A stretch of 64,000 bases of DNA from Deltaproteobacteria bacterium. GTDB taxonomy: Bacteria > Myxococcota_A > Polyangia > Polyangiales > Houyiibacteriaceae. Shown one piece after another: positions 8,582 through 18,899 of this stretch. The stretch spans positions 81,182 through 145,181 of the forward strand of contig JAXMNT010000004.1 in assembly GCA_034670305.1 (NCBI GenBank), in the 5' to 3' direction. The notes below the pieces were generated by a model. That model was given only the letters and a program-made list of their open reading frames with translations, did not search any database and had not been told where the DNA came from. Numbering within the stretch: position 1 is the first letter of the stretch; every line of letters begins with the position of its first letter. The position numbers were made by a program, and so were the translations under genes.

Positions 8582-11107
8582 TCATTGATGTCGAATCGCG
8601 TCTAGGGGTCGAAAACGGCCCGCCAGAATCGCGGGAAAAAGCGTCGCTAGGGCACACACGCCGAGCGCGATGAGACCGACGAGCGCGAACTCGGTGGCGT
8701 CCACGTTCACCGGCAGTCGGTCGATGTAATAGACCTCCGGGTTCACGCGGATCCCGAAGTGCTCGAAGACGAAGGTCACGAGGAACCCGAGTCCGAGTCC
8801 TATCGATGCACCGTAGACCCCGATGAGGATCCCTTCGATCAAGAAGATGACCACGACGCTGCTCTTCGAGGTGCCCATCGCGAACAGGATGCCGATCTCG
8901 CGGCCCTTCTCTTGGACCATCAAGGTCAGCGTGCCGAAGACACAGAAGCCCGCGATGAGGATGGCGATGCCGAGGGTGACGAACATCGCGAGCTTCTCGA
9001 GCGCGAGCGCACCGAAGAGCCCGCTGTTGAGCTCCTGCCAGTCGCGTACCCGGACGCCGTCGAGCAACATCGCGCCGCGGATTTCGTCGGCCACGGTGCG
9101 CGCGCGCTCCACGTCGTCGACCTTGATCTCGATCCCGGTGATCGCATCGCCCATGGAGAGGAAGCTCTGTCCGGCTTCCAAGAGCACGTACACGTTCTTC
9201 ATGTCGTACTCGTACATGCCGCTGTAGAAGATCCCGGCGACCCGGAAGCGGCGCGACTTCGGCATCGGTCCGGCCGGCCCCAGTTCTCCGAACGGAGAGA
9301 CGATGTCGATCTCGTCTCCAAGAAACACCCGCAGCGTACGCGCGAGCTCCTTGCCGATGACCACGCCCGGCAGCACATCGCGCCCCATCGGGTTCGCCGC
9401 CCGCGCCCGCTCATTCGCCGCCGCGTCCCGCAGGAACTCCGCCAAGTCCTCCCGAATCGGAGGCACCACACCCGCGCTGTCGGCATCGGCACCGGATTCG
9501 GCATCGGCATCGGCACCGGTTTCGGCATCGGCCTCGGCCTCGGCATCGGCATCGGCTTCGGCATCGGCATCGGCTTCGGCATCGGCATCGGCTTCGGCTT
9601 CGGCATCGGCTTCGGCTTCGGCATCAGAATCCGAATCGGCTTCAGAATCCCGGCCCTCCAGCACGTCGTCGATCTCCCGAATCAAGCTGCCGTCCTGATC
9701 GCGATCGCCCCCCGGTCGAATCTCGAGCGGAAGGATCGTGCGGCGCTCTTCGGGGGGAAGATCGAGCAGCCGCTCTGGATGAATGAGGTACTCGAGCCGG
9801 CCCCGGGTGAGGTTGGCCTCGAGGTCCATCACCGCGCCGACCGTCGCCGGATCGATGCCGCGCAACACCGCGCCGGCCCGGTTGGTCGCGGACGTCACCA
9901 TCACCTCGCCCTGCACCGACGGGGTCGCCGCCCCGACGCCCGGCGTGTCGCGCACGACATCGAGGATCGGAGACCAGCCCTCGAAGTGGCCACGTTCGGT
10001 GTCCACGACGATGTGGGCGTTGTTGCCGAGGATCTTGTCCTTCAGGTCGTTGCGGAAGCCGCCCATCACGCTCAACACCGCGCAGAGCATGCAGGTGGAA
10101 AACGCCACGGTCGCGATGCTCAGCCCACTGATGGTGGCGAGGAAGCCGCTCTTCTTCGCGCGCAGGTGGCGCGAAGCGACGAAGCTTCGAAACCCGAACG
10201 ACTCGATGGTCCGCATGATGACCGGCAGGAGCCGCACGAACACGCGGGTGGCGAAGATGGTCGTCACACCGAGGCGGATCATCGGGTGGATGAGCGACTC
10301 GATGTCGTCGTCGACCGGTTGCATCGGGAAGTTCGCCGAGATGAACGTGACGAAGACGACCGCTGCGACCGCCGCTAGGTCGAAGACGATCCAGAACCAG
10401 AACCGGAACCGCTGGGGGAGCAGGAACCAGAGCGTGATCCGCCCGACGCCCTCGAGCGCGCCGAAGACGAGCGCGACGATGGCGCTGATCTGCAGAAGCG
10501 ACTGCGCCCGGTCGCGGAGCGAGAGCTGCGCCTCGTCAAGCGCGTTGGTGAAACTGAAGCCGCTCTCGATCGAGACGGCGGCACCGAACGCCAAGAGCAA
10601 GAGCGGCACGACCACCACCACGACGAATCCAAGATGCAGAAACGCGGCCGCGTAGACCCGGCCCTTGCCGCGGTGGCCCGGCTGGAGCCGGCTCGCGAGC
10701 GAGAGCGTGAAGAGCGCCAGCCCCACATCGAGTGCGGTCCACAGCGCCAGAGGAAACGCGACCGTGGAAGCGCTCGTGCGGACGGCGATCCCGACCATCT
10801 GGGGCCAGAGTGCGACGACGGCACCGATGGAGCCGACCCACGCCAAGCTGAACAACGCGAATGCCGCAGGCAGCGGACCAAGTCCCGTCCGGGTCGGCAG
10901 CCGGTTCGCACGGGTCGAGATCCCGAACGCGGTGAGGCTCAGCCCGACCAACGCGACCAGCCAGACCACCAGCCCCATCGGCTCCTGGCGTTGGATGGCG
11001 ATCGCGCAGCCGATCCCGGCGAAGACGACGAGCGCCGCGCCGAGGCCCATCTGCACCCTCGCCTTGCTCGAACCAGGCGGATCGGAGCGGATGGTCGTGG
11101 CGCCCAC
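8582..11107 (-). CDS. LolC/E-family (FtsX-like) lipoprotein-releasing permease with N-terminal multi-TM extension and internal acidic repeat
   Basis: VLSVMGGFRNDLKDKILG, GIFYSGMYEYD, DWQELNSGLFGALALEK and EVYYIDRLP motifs. Confidence 0.88.
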   Translation of the reverse strand: MGATTIRSDPPGSSKARVQMGLGAALVVFAGIGCAIAIQRQEPMGLVVWLVALVGLSLTAFGISTRANRLPTRTGLGPLPAAFALFSLAWVGSIGAVVALWPQMVGIAVRTSASTVAFPLALWTALDVGLALFTLSLASRLQPGHRGKGRVYAAAFLHLGFVVVVVVPLLLLAFGAAVSIESGFSFTNALDEAQLSLRDRAQSLLQISAIVALVFGALEGVGRITLWFLLPQRFRFWFWIVFDLAAVAAVVFVTFISANFPMQPVDDDIESLIHPMIRLGVTTIFATRVFVRLLPVIMRTIESFGFRSFVASRHLRAKKSGFLATISGLSIATVAFSTCMLCAVLSVMGGFRNDLKDKILGNNAHIVVDTERGHFEGWSPILDVVRDTPGVGAATPSVQGEVMVTSATNRAGAVLRGIDPATVGAVMDLEANLTRGRLEYLIHPERLLDLPPEERRTILPLEIRPGGDRDQDGSLIREIDDVLEGRDSEADSDSDAEAEADAEAEADADAEADADAEADADAEAEADAETGADADAESGADADSAGVVPPIREDLAEFLRDAAANERARAANPMGRDVLPGVVIGKELARTLRVFLGDEIDIVSPFGELGPAGPMPKSRRFRVAGIFYSGMYEYDMKNVYVLLEAGQSFLSMGDAITGIEIKVDDVERARTVADEIRGAMLLDGVRVRDWQELNSGLFGALALEKLAMFVTLGIAILIAGFCVFGTLTLMVQEKGREIGILFAMGTSKSSVVVIFLIEGILIGVYGASIGLGLGFLVTFVFEHFGIRVNPEVYYIDRLPVNVDATEFALVGLIALGVCALATLFPAILAGRFRPLDAIRHQ
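9480..9650. repeat. Period-6 TCGGCN array in frame inside lolC/E (encodes EADA/DAEA)
   Basis: Tandem hexamers; reading frame maintained. Confidence 0.93.
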
Positions 11108-11112
11108 GGGGT

Positions 11113-12714
<1,602 letters not shown>

Positions 12715-12773
12715 TCTCGGTCCTGTTCTTTCGCCGTAGCGTGCGTCGCGCGGACACGAGCCCGCAGTCGTCG

Positions 12774-13896
12774 CTAGCTCTTCTTCTTCTTTTGCCGCGC
12801 GTCGGCCGTCTTCATCAGGTAGCTCTCGATGAGCTCGTCCAGGTCGCCGTCGAGGACTCCGTCGAGGTTGCCGATTTTCAACTCGGTCCGCTCGTCTTTG
12901 ACCATCTTGTACGGCTGCATCGTGTACGTGCGCGCCTGGCTGCCGAACGCGATCTCGCTCTGCCCGGAGAGAAACGCTTCTTCGAACGCCTCTTCGCGTT
13001 CGCGGCGCTCTTTCTCGAAGAGCAGACCCCGCAACCGCTTCATCGCGTGGTCGCGGTTCTGGTGCTGCGAACGCTCGTTGTCGGCGCGCACCACGAAACC
13101 AGAGGGAATGTGTTCGATGCGCACCGCGGACTCGGTCCGGTTGACGTGCTGACCGCCCGCACCGCCCGACCGCATCGTCGTGACCTTGATGTCTTCCTCT
13201 TTGATCTCGATCTCGATGTTGTCGTCGAGATCCGGGACCACGCTCACGCCGGCGAAGCTGGTCTCGCGTCGCCCGGAGAACTTGGAGACGCGGATGAGTC
13301 GGTGCACGCCGTTCTCCGCCCGCAAGAACCCGTACGCGTAGGGTCCGCGCACCACCAGCGTGGCCGAAGCGATGCCGCAGACGTCTCCGTCGTGTTTCTC
13401 CGCGAGGTCGGTCTTGAACCCTTTGCGATCGCACCAGCGGGTGTACATGCGCAGCAGCATCTCGGCCCAGTCCTGGGCATCGGTGCCGCCGGCGCCGGAG
13501 TTGACGGAGAGGATCGCGTCCTGGTCGTCGTCCGGCTCGAGCATGCGCTGGAGCTCGAGGGCCCGCACGCCCGCTTCGAACTCGGGGATCTGCGCGATGA
13601 GCTCTTCCAGCTCTTCCTCTTCGTCCTCGCCCGCGAGCTCGAACATTTCGAGGGTGCCGGTGACATCGCTCATGAGCCGCTCGAGCGACTGGACCAGCCC
13701 CTCGGCGCGAGCGCGCTCCCGCATCATCTTCTCAGCGGCTTCGCGGTCGTCCCAGAAGCCTTCTCTCAAGGAGAGGTTGGTGAGTCGATCGAGCTCATGC
13801 TTCAAGCCCGGGAGGTCAAAGATACCTCCCCAGCGCATCGAGGCGCTGCGCGAGGTCTTGGAGCAAATCCCGACTCTCACCGATGGAAACCGTCAT
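12774..13896 (-). CDS. prfB: Peptide chain release factor 2 with programmed +1 frameshift
   Basis: ATG 13896 gives [26 protein letters not shown], then GGGAGG-TAT-CTT-TGA-C; the +1 frame continues DLPGLKHEL... with [10 protein letters not shown] and GGQ motifs. Confidence 0.96.
13815..13830 (-). promoter_or_regulatory. prfB frameshift cassette (internal SD plus CTT TGA C)
   Basis: Minus strand GGGAGGTATCTTTGAC, the canonical RF2 autoregulatory site. Confidence 0.95.
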
Positions 13897-13967
13897 GGTT
13901 CCGGTCACGTATCGCGGCGCGGGGCCGTGTCAAGCAGCGGTGGGCTGCGACGGGCTCGGAGATGGGT

Positions 13968-14768
13968 TCAGAACCGGACGGTGGCGGTCGCGACGGCCCC
14001 ACCGGAGACCGGCTGGACCACGACCGTCGTGATCTCGCGCGGCCGGATGAGATCCACGGCGACGAGGACCATGCCCACGGCGCCCACGAGCGCGCCCCCG
14101 ACGTAGAGCCCGAGCGCCTGGCGGCGTCGCTGGTCGGCGGACTCCAGGCGATCGGCGGCTTCGGTCCCCGCCTGCACGGTGGCGGGCGGTGGGCCCACGT
14201 TGGCGTCGAGCCAAGCCACGTCGTCGCGTCCTTTGCCAGCCAGGGCGGCGGCCACACTGACCAGCACCACACCCACCGCGGTCGCACCGATGCCGGCGCC
14301 GAGCAGCGCGTAGGACGTGTCGGTCTGCTCGCGGTCGTGGGTTGCGGGACCGGTCTCGGGTGGATCGACCGCCCCATCCGGCGGACCGTTCTCACCGAAC
14401 GGGTTGGGTGGCTCGACCCTCTGCTCGGCGCGCAACTCTGCGCGGATGGTGGAGGCGCGCTCGAGCGCGTGGGCGCGGAACCGCCCGGAGTCGTCGGCCT
14501 CCGCGCAGTCTTCGTAAGCGGCCGCGGCTTCCCGGCGGTGGTCCCCCCAGCGTTCGTAGGTGAGTGCGAGGTTGCAGTAGGTCGCAGCCCGCGGCGCCGC
14601 GGCCAGGCTGGCGCGGAACGCCGTCTCTGCGTCCGCGTATTGGGCGGTGCGGAGCGATTCGACGCCCCGGTCGAAGTCCGGATCGGCTTGATCGGCCTGG
14701 GCCGATGCGAGCCCAGGAAGCGCGAGCAACGCCGACGCGACAAGGAACTGGGAGAGAACGGACTTCAT
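13968..14768 (-). CDS. Secreted TPR-containing protein with C-terminal hydrophobic segments
   Basis: Signal peptide MKSVLSQFLVASALLALPGLASAQ; TPR-like YCNLALTYERWG; overlaps the kinase stop. Confidence 0.7.
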   Translation of the reverse strand: MKSVLSQFLVASALLALPGLASAQADQADPDFDRGVESLRTAQYADAETAFRASLAAAPRAATYCNLALTYERWGDHRREAAAAYEDCAEADDSGRFRAHALERASTIRAELRAEQRVEPPNPFGENGPPDGAVDPPETGPATHDREQTDTSYALLGAGIGATAVGVVLVSVAAALAGKGRDDVAWLDANVGPPPATVQAGTEAADRLESADQRRRQALGLYVGGALVGAVGMVLVAVDLIRPREITTVVVQPVSGGAVATATVRF

Positions 14769-16258
14769 GGGTCCTCGATGATGCCACCACGCCACGGCGT
14801 GTCGATCACTTCGCCCATCCACGCGGTCATCTCGGTCATCTCGGCCTCGGTCATCGTCGGTTCCACCACCATGGTCTCGCGCATGCGGGGCCGCATCGAT
14901 CCCATCCGCACTGTGCCCATCGAGAGCGTGGTTTCCATAGACACCACTCCGGTTTCCATCACTGCGCTTCCCACAGACGGCACCGTACGCATGCCCGACT
15001 CCGGACGTTCCTCGTTCTCCAGCAGACCCGCGTCTTCCACCACCGGCGGCGCCACCTCGGTCTCGACCGGCTCGGAGGGACCGGTGGCGATCGGCGCGAT
15101 GGCAGGCGGCGCCGTCGCCTGCGGATGGTTGCCCCCACTCCGCCACTGCAAGGTGGCCGCTGCCGCCGCGGCGGTCAGGAGACTGAGCATGAGTCCCACC
15201 GTGACCCACAGCCCCCAGCGCGGTCGCGGAAGCATGATGTTCGCGGTCTCGCTCCGAACGCCCGCAGCAGCGGCGGGTGCCGGCAGCGGAGGCAGTGGAA
15301 TCTCAGACGCGATGGTCGGCGGGACCGGCGTCGGCGTGTGCGGCTGCGTGAGGTCCGGCACCTGAAGCGCGCGCTCGATCGTCGGTGGCAACGACACCGG
15401 CTCTTCGCCTACGCCCCGAAGCGTGGAGGGACCGTCGCCCCGAAGCAGCGCGGCGGCGTCGCGGGCGCTCGCCACCCGCATGCGCGGGTCCTTCGTGAGC
15501 AGCGCACGAACGGCGGCCGCGATCGGGGCGGGGAACGACTCGGTGCGCGGCACGGGCGACGTGAGGATCTGATGCATCAAGGCGGCGGTCGACGGAGCCT
15601 CGAAGGGCAACTTCGCGGTGGCCATCTCGTAGAGCACGATCCCGAGCGACCAGAGATCCAGCGACGTGCCAGGACGCGCGCCCTGAAACACTTCGGGCGC
15701 GATGTACGGCAACGAACCGAGCACCTGCTGCGATTGGGTGATGCGGCTCAGGAACGACTCGTCGATCGCCGCGGCCAACCCGAAGTCGAGCAACTTCAAG
15801 GGCACTGGCCCTCCAGTGGTCAGGCCGATGTTGGAGGGCTTCAAGTCTCGGTGCACGATGCCCACCGAGTGCACGTCGTCGAGCGCCTCGCACAGCGCGA
15901 TGCCGAGCCGAACGACTTCCTCCATGGCGAGCGGCCCATGCTCGAGCCGGTCGTGGAGCGACACTCCGTCGACCAACTCCATCACGTACCAGGGCCCCAC
16001 GTTCGGATCGACGCCGAAGTCCGTGACCTGCGCGACCCGTGGCGAGCGGACCTGCGCGAGCGCGCGCGCCTCCCGCTCGAACCGGGTCACCAACTCTTCC
16101 GCCCGCTCGCCGATGCGCAGGGTCTTGAGGGCAAAGGGCCGGCCCAGGACCACGTGCTCCACCCGGAGCACGGTGCCCATGCCACCCTCCCCAAGCGTGC
16201 CCGTGACCGCGTAGCGCTCCCCGATCACGCTGCCGATCAACGATTCTGCCCCCGTCAT
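14765..16258 (-). CDS. Membrane-anchored Ser/Thr protein kinase (Hanks type)
   Basis: LGEGGMGTV, ALK, HRDLKPSN, DFG, YIAPE, DLWSLG motifs; single TM segment. Confidence 0.93.
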   Translation of the reverse strand: MTGAESLIGSVIGERYAVTGTLGEGGMGTVLRVEHVVLGRPFALKTLRIGERAEELVTRFEREARALAQVRSPRVAQVTDFGVDPNVGPWYVMELVDGVSLHDRLEHGPLAMEEVVRLGIALCEALDDVHSVGIVHRDLKPSNIGLTTGGPVPLKLLDFGLAAAIDESFLSRITQSQQVLGSLPYIAPEVFQGARPGTSLDLWSLGIVLYEMATAKLPFEAPSTAALMHQILTSPVPRTESFPAPIAAAVRALLTKDPRMRVASARDAAALLRGDGPSTLRGVGEEPVSLPPTIERALQVPDLTQPHTPTPVPPTIASEIPLPPLPAPAAAAGVRSETANIMLPRPRWGLWVTVGLMLSLLTAAAAAATLQWRSGGNHPQATAPPAIAPIATGPSEPVETEVAPPVVEDAGLLENEERPESGMRTVPSVGSAVMETGVVSMETTLSMGTVRMGSMRPRMRETMVVEPTMTEAEMTEMTAWMGEVIDTPWRGGIIEDP

Positions 16259-16334
16259 GGACCGGGGAAACCTAACCCCTCCAGGCCGTCGAGTCGAAGA
16301 CCACGTGGGGTTCAGAGAGAAGTGAGCGGCTGGC

Positions 16335-16727
16335 TCAGCTTCCCTTGAGCAGCTTCTCGAGGAGGACCGGGCCGAGACTCTCGCGCATCAATCCTTCGAC
16401 GATGGATTCGATCTTGGTGCGATCGGCCTGCGATTCGTACACGAATCCGATGCCCATCCCAGGTTCCTCGTCCACGGCATCCTCTGGGCTCAAGATCCAC
16501 TGGACCTTGCCCCGCAGTTCCAAGGCCGCGTCGAGTTTGGGAACCACCAACACGAACCGGAACTCCGTCCCGATCGGCAAAGGGCGGGCGGTCCGGATGA
16601 ACGTTCCCCCTTTGGAGATGTTCTTCGTGTAGTCGGCGAAGAACGAGTTCAGCCGCTTGTATTCGACCTTGAGTTCGATCGGGAGACGGGTCTTCGTTCG
16701 ACGGTCTGATTCGTCTTCGGGGGTCAT
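16335..16727 (-). CDS. PilZ-domain protein (TIGR02266-like, Myxococcales)
   Basis: RRTKTRLPIELKVEY, YTKNISKGGTFI and PGMGIGF motifs. Confidence 0.88.
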   Translation of the reverse strand: MTPEDESDRRTKTRLPIELKVEYKRLNSFFADYTKNISKGGTFIRTARPLPIGTEFRFVLVVPKLDAALELRGKVQWILSPEDAVDEEPGMGIGFVYESQADRTKIESIVEGLMRESLGPVLLEKLLKGS

Positions 16728-16996
16728 CGGGGGGTCACGGGAGAGAGTATTCCCACGTTGTTCGTCTTTGGGTCAAAAGGTTGGCGGCGTGCTGGGGTCG
16801 TAGCTGCGTGTTGTCCTGTTCCTCCACGCACGCTCCGCGTGCCGAAGGTGTTGCGAGCGTGTGCCCGCCGACCTCCGCCCCCATCCCCACGGTACCCTGT
16901 TCAGGGGCAATTGCGCCCGGGTACGGCCGTGGTCAGGGGTCCGTGGACCGCACGGAGGTTCTCTTGCGCGGGAACTTGTGGGATGAATGCGGACGC

Positions 16997-17587
16997 ATGG
17001 GCGAGACCCCGGACGAAAGCGTGCTTCTGGCCCGCGCCCAAGAAGGGGACGAGATGGCTTACGGCCGCCTCGTCAGACTCCACGAACGCCGGGTCTTCGC
17101 GACCGCGGTGCAGATGTTGGGCGACCGCGGAGAAGCCGAAGATGCGTCGCAAGAGACGTTTCTGCGGGCTTGGCGGGCCCTCGCGCGCTTTGATGGGCGT
17201 TCCAAGCTCAGCACGTGGCTCTATCGGATCTGCGTGAACGTCTGTCTCAATGCGCTGCGGCGCCGCAAACGAGTCGCGAGCGCGACCCTCGATGATCCGC
17301 GGGTGCCCGAGCCGTCGGCCGACCCCGATCAGGGCGGCAACGATCCGGCCCGGCAACTCGAGATGCGACAGCTCTACGGCCGCATGGCGAAAGCCCTCGA
17401 CGCCCTGTCGCCTTCGTTGAGGAGCGCGGTCGTCCTGGTCTTGCTCCAGGGGCTGCCTCACAAAGAAGCCGCCGAAGTGCTCGGATGCCCCGAAGGCACC
17501 GTGGCGTGGCGCATCCACGAAGCGCGACGCCGCCTGCGGGACGCGCTCGCGGACGACATGCCGGGCGCAGGGAGGGAAGCGTCGTGA
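16997..17587 (+). CDS. ECF RNA polymerase sigma factor
   Basis: AEDASQETFLRAW, LSTWLYRI (region 2); EAAEVLGCPEGTVAWRIHEARRRLR (region 4). Confidence 0.92.
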   Translation: MGETPDESVLLARAQEGDEMAYGRLVRLHERRVFATAVQMLGDRGEAEDASQETFLRAWRALARFDGRSKLSTWLYRICVNVCLNALRRRKRVASATLDDPRVPEPSADPDQGGNDPARQLEMRQLYGRMAKALDALSPSLRSAVVLVLLQGLPHKEAAEVLGCPEGTVAWRIHEARRRLRDALADDMPGAGREAS

Positions 17588-18825
17588 CCGACCTGACCGC
17601 TTCACGAAAGACCGCACTGCTGATCGAAGCGCAGAACGCGCTCGACGAAGGGCTGGAACCCACCGAAGCGCTCGAGGGACTGCAAGAGTCGCTTGAGGGC
17701 CTGTCCCCCGAGGCGCAGCTCGACATCGCGCGCGAGATCGAACAACTCGGGCAGGTCGACGCCTGGCTCCGCGCCTGGCCCGAACCAGCGGCACCGGACG
17801 ACGAGCTGCGCGCACTCTCGGACGTGGTGCTCCAGCGTCTCGAAGATCCGCTCCCGGCCTTGTCGGCCGATCCGACCGCGCCGCCCGTCTTCGATGACGC
17901 GGACGCCCAGCCGCCGCCGCTCGCCGAACTCGGCCCCGAGGCCGCGCGCTCGGGTGCCTACTCGCTCGACAAACTCGTGGCTCAGGTGCCACCGCCAAAC
18001 CTGGGAGGCGGCCCGAGTGGACCGGCGCCGGTGGTACGTCTCGGCGCACCGAAAGCCGCGGAAGAAGAATCCTCCGGCGGCTCGATGGTGTGGCTCGCGA
18101 TGGCGGCAGCGGTCGGACTCGGCATCGTCGGCGTCACGGTCTTCGGCGGGACGACCTCGAGCGAACCGGTCGCGATGTCCGCGCCGGAGATGCAGGACAT
18201 GGAGCCGATGGAACAAGGCGCTGCGGTTCCCACTGGCCCCCGCCGCGCCGCCGCGGCGACCGCCTCTGCGGCCGAGCCCATGGCCGAAGTCGAGGCGGAG
18301 ACGGAGTCCGCGGCAGACGTCGCAGAAGAAGCCCCGGCGCCGATGCCCGTCCGCGCACCCGGCGGCCACGCGGACGACTTGCCGACCGAGGAGGGCTACA
18401 CCGGCCGCGGGGTCGGTGGGGCAGCCGGGGCCCGCGGCGGCGCCGAGTCGGCACGGCTCGAGGCGACCACAGGGTCTCGGGCGCGACGCATGACGTCCGT
18501 GATGGCCGCGGCGATGAGCAGCGCGCCAAGCATGTCGGCGCCGATGGCCCGCGCAGCGCCCTCCGAGCTGGACGACTTGCTCGAAGACCAGTCGCGCGCG
18601 GCGAGCCGCCGGACCCGAGCCGCGGTGCGCGCCTGCCTGCCCGCCGATTTCAGCGGTCCGCTCGCAGTGCGGGTCCGCGTGCTGGGCGCCACCGGTGCGG
18701 TCGCCTCGGTGGTGCGTGTCGTACCCACCGTCGAGTCGAGTGTGCGGACCTGCATCGAGACCGCCGCCCGCCGAGCACGGCTCCCGGAACGCGACCGCGA
18801 CTTCGAGACCACCCTCCGCTACTGA
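17584..18825 (+). CDS. Putative single-TM anti-sigma-like protein with C-terminal TonB-C/AgmX-like domain
   Basis: GTGA overlap with the sigma stop; TM segment MVWLAMAAAVGLGIVGVTVFG; C-terminal VRAC...VRTCIETAARR. Confidence 0.55.
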   Translation: MTDLTASRKTALLIEAQNALDEGLEPTEALEGLQESLEGLSPEAQLDIAREIEQLGQVDAWLRAWPEPAAPDDELRALSDVVLQRLEDPLPALSADPTAPPVFDDADAQPPPLAELGPEAARSGAYSLDKLVAQVPPPNLGGGPSGPAPVVRLGAPKAAEEESSGGSMVWLAMAAAVGLGIVGVTVFGGTTSSEPVAMSAPEMQDMEPMEQGAAVPTGPRRAAAATASAAEPMAEVEAETESAADVAEEAPAPMPVRAPGGHADDLPTEEGYTGRGVGGAAGARGGAESARLEATTGSRARRMTSVMAAAMSSAPSMSAPMARAAPSELDDLLEDQSRAASRRTRAAVRACLPADFSGPLAVRVRVLGATGAVASVVRVVPTVESSVRTCIETAARRARLPERDRDFETTLRY

Positions 18826-18899
18826 CTTCCCGACATCGTCTCCGGCGCGCCCGGAACTTCACCCCCGTGGTCCGCGCAGGGTGCTGTTAGAGTCCGCCG

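Noticed and set aside
16971-16997. ECF autoregulatory promoter (GGAACTT...)
   Set aside because: The implied -10 would abut the ATG, leaving no room for a transcription start; unsupported.
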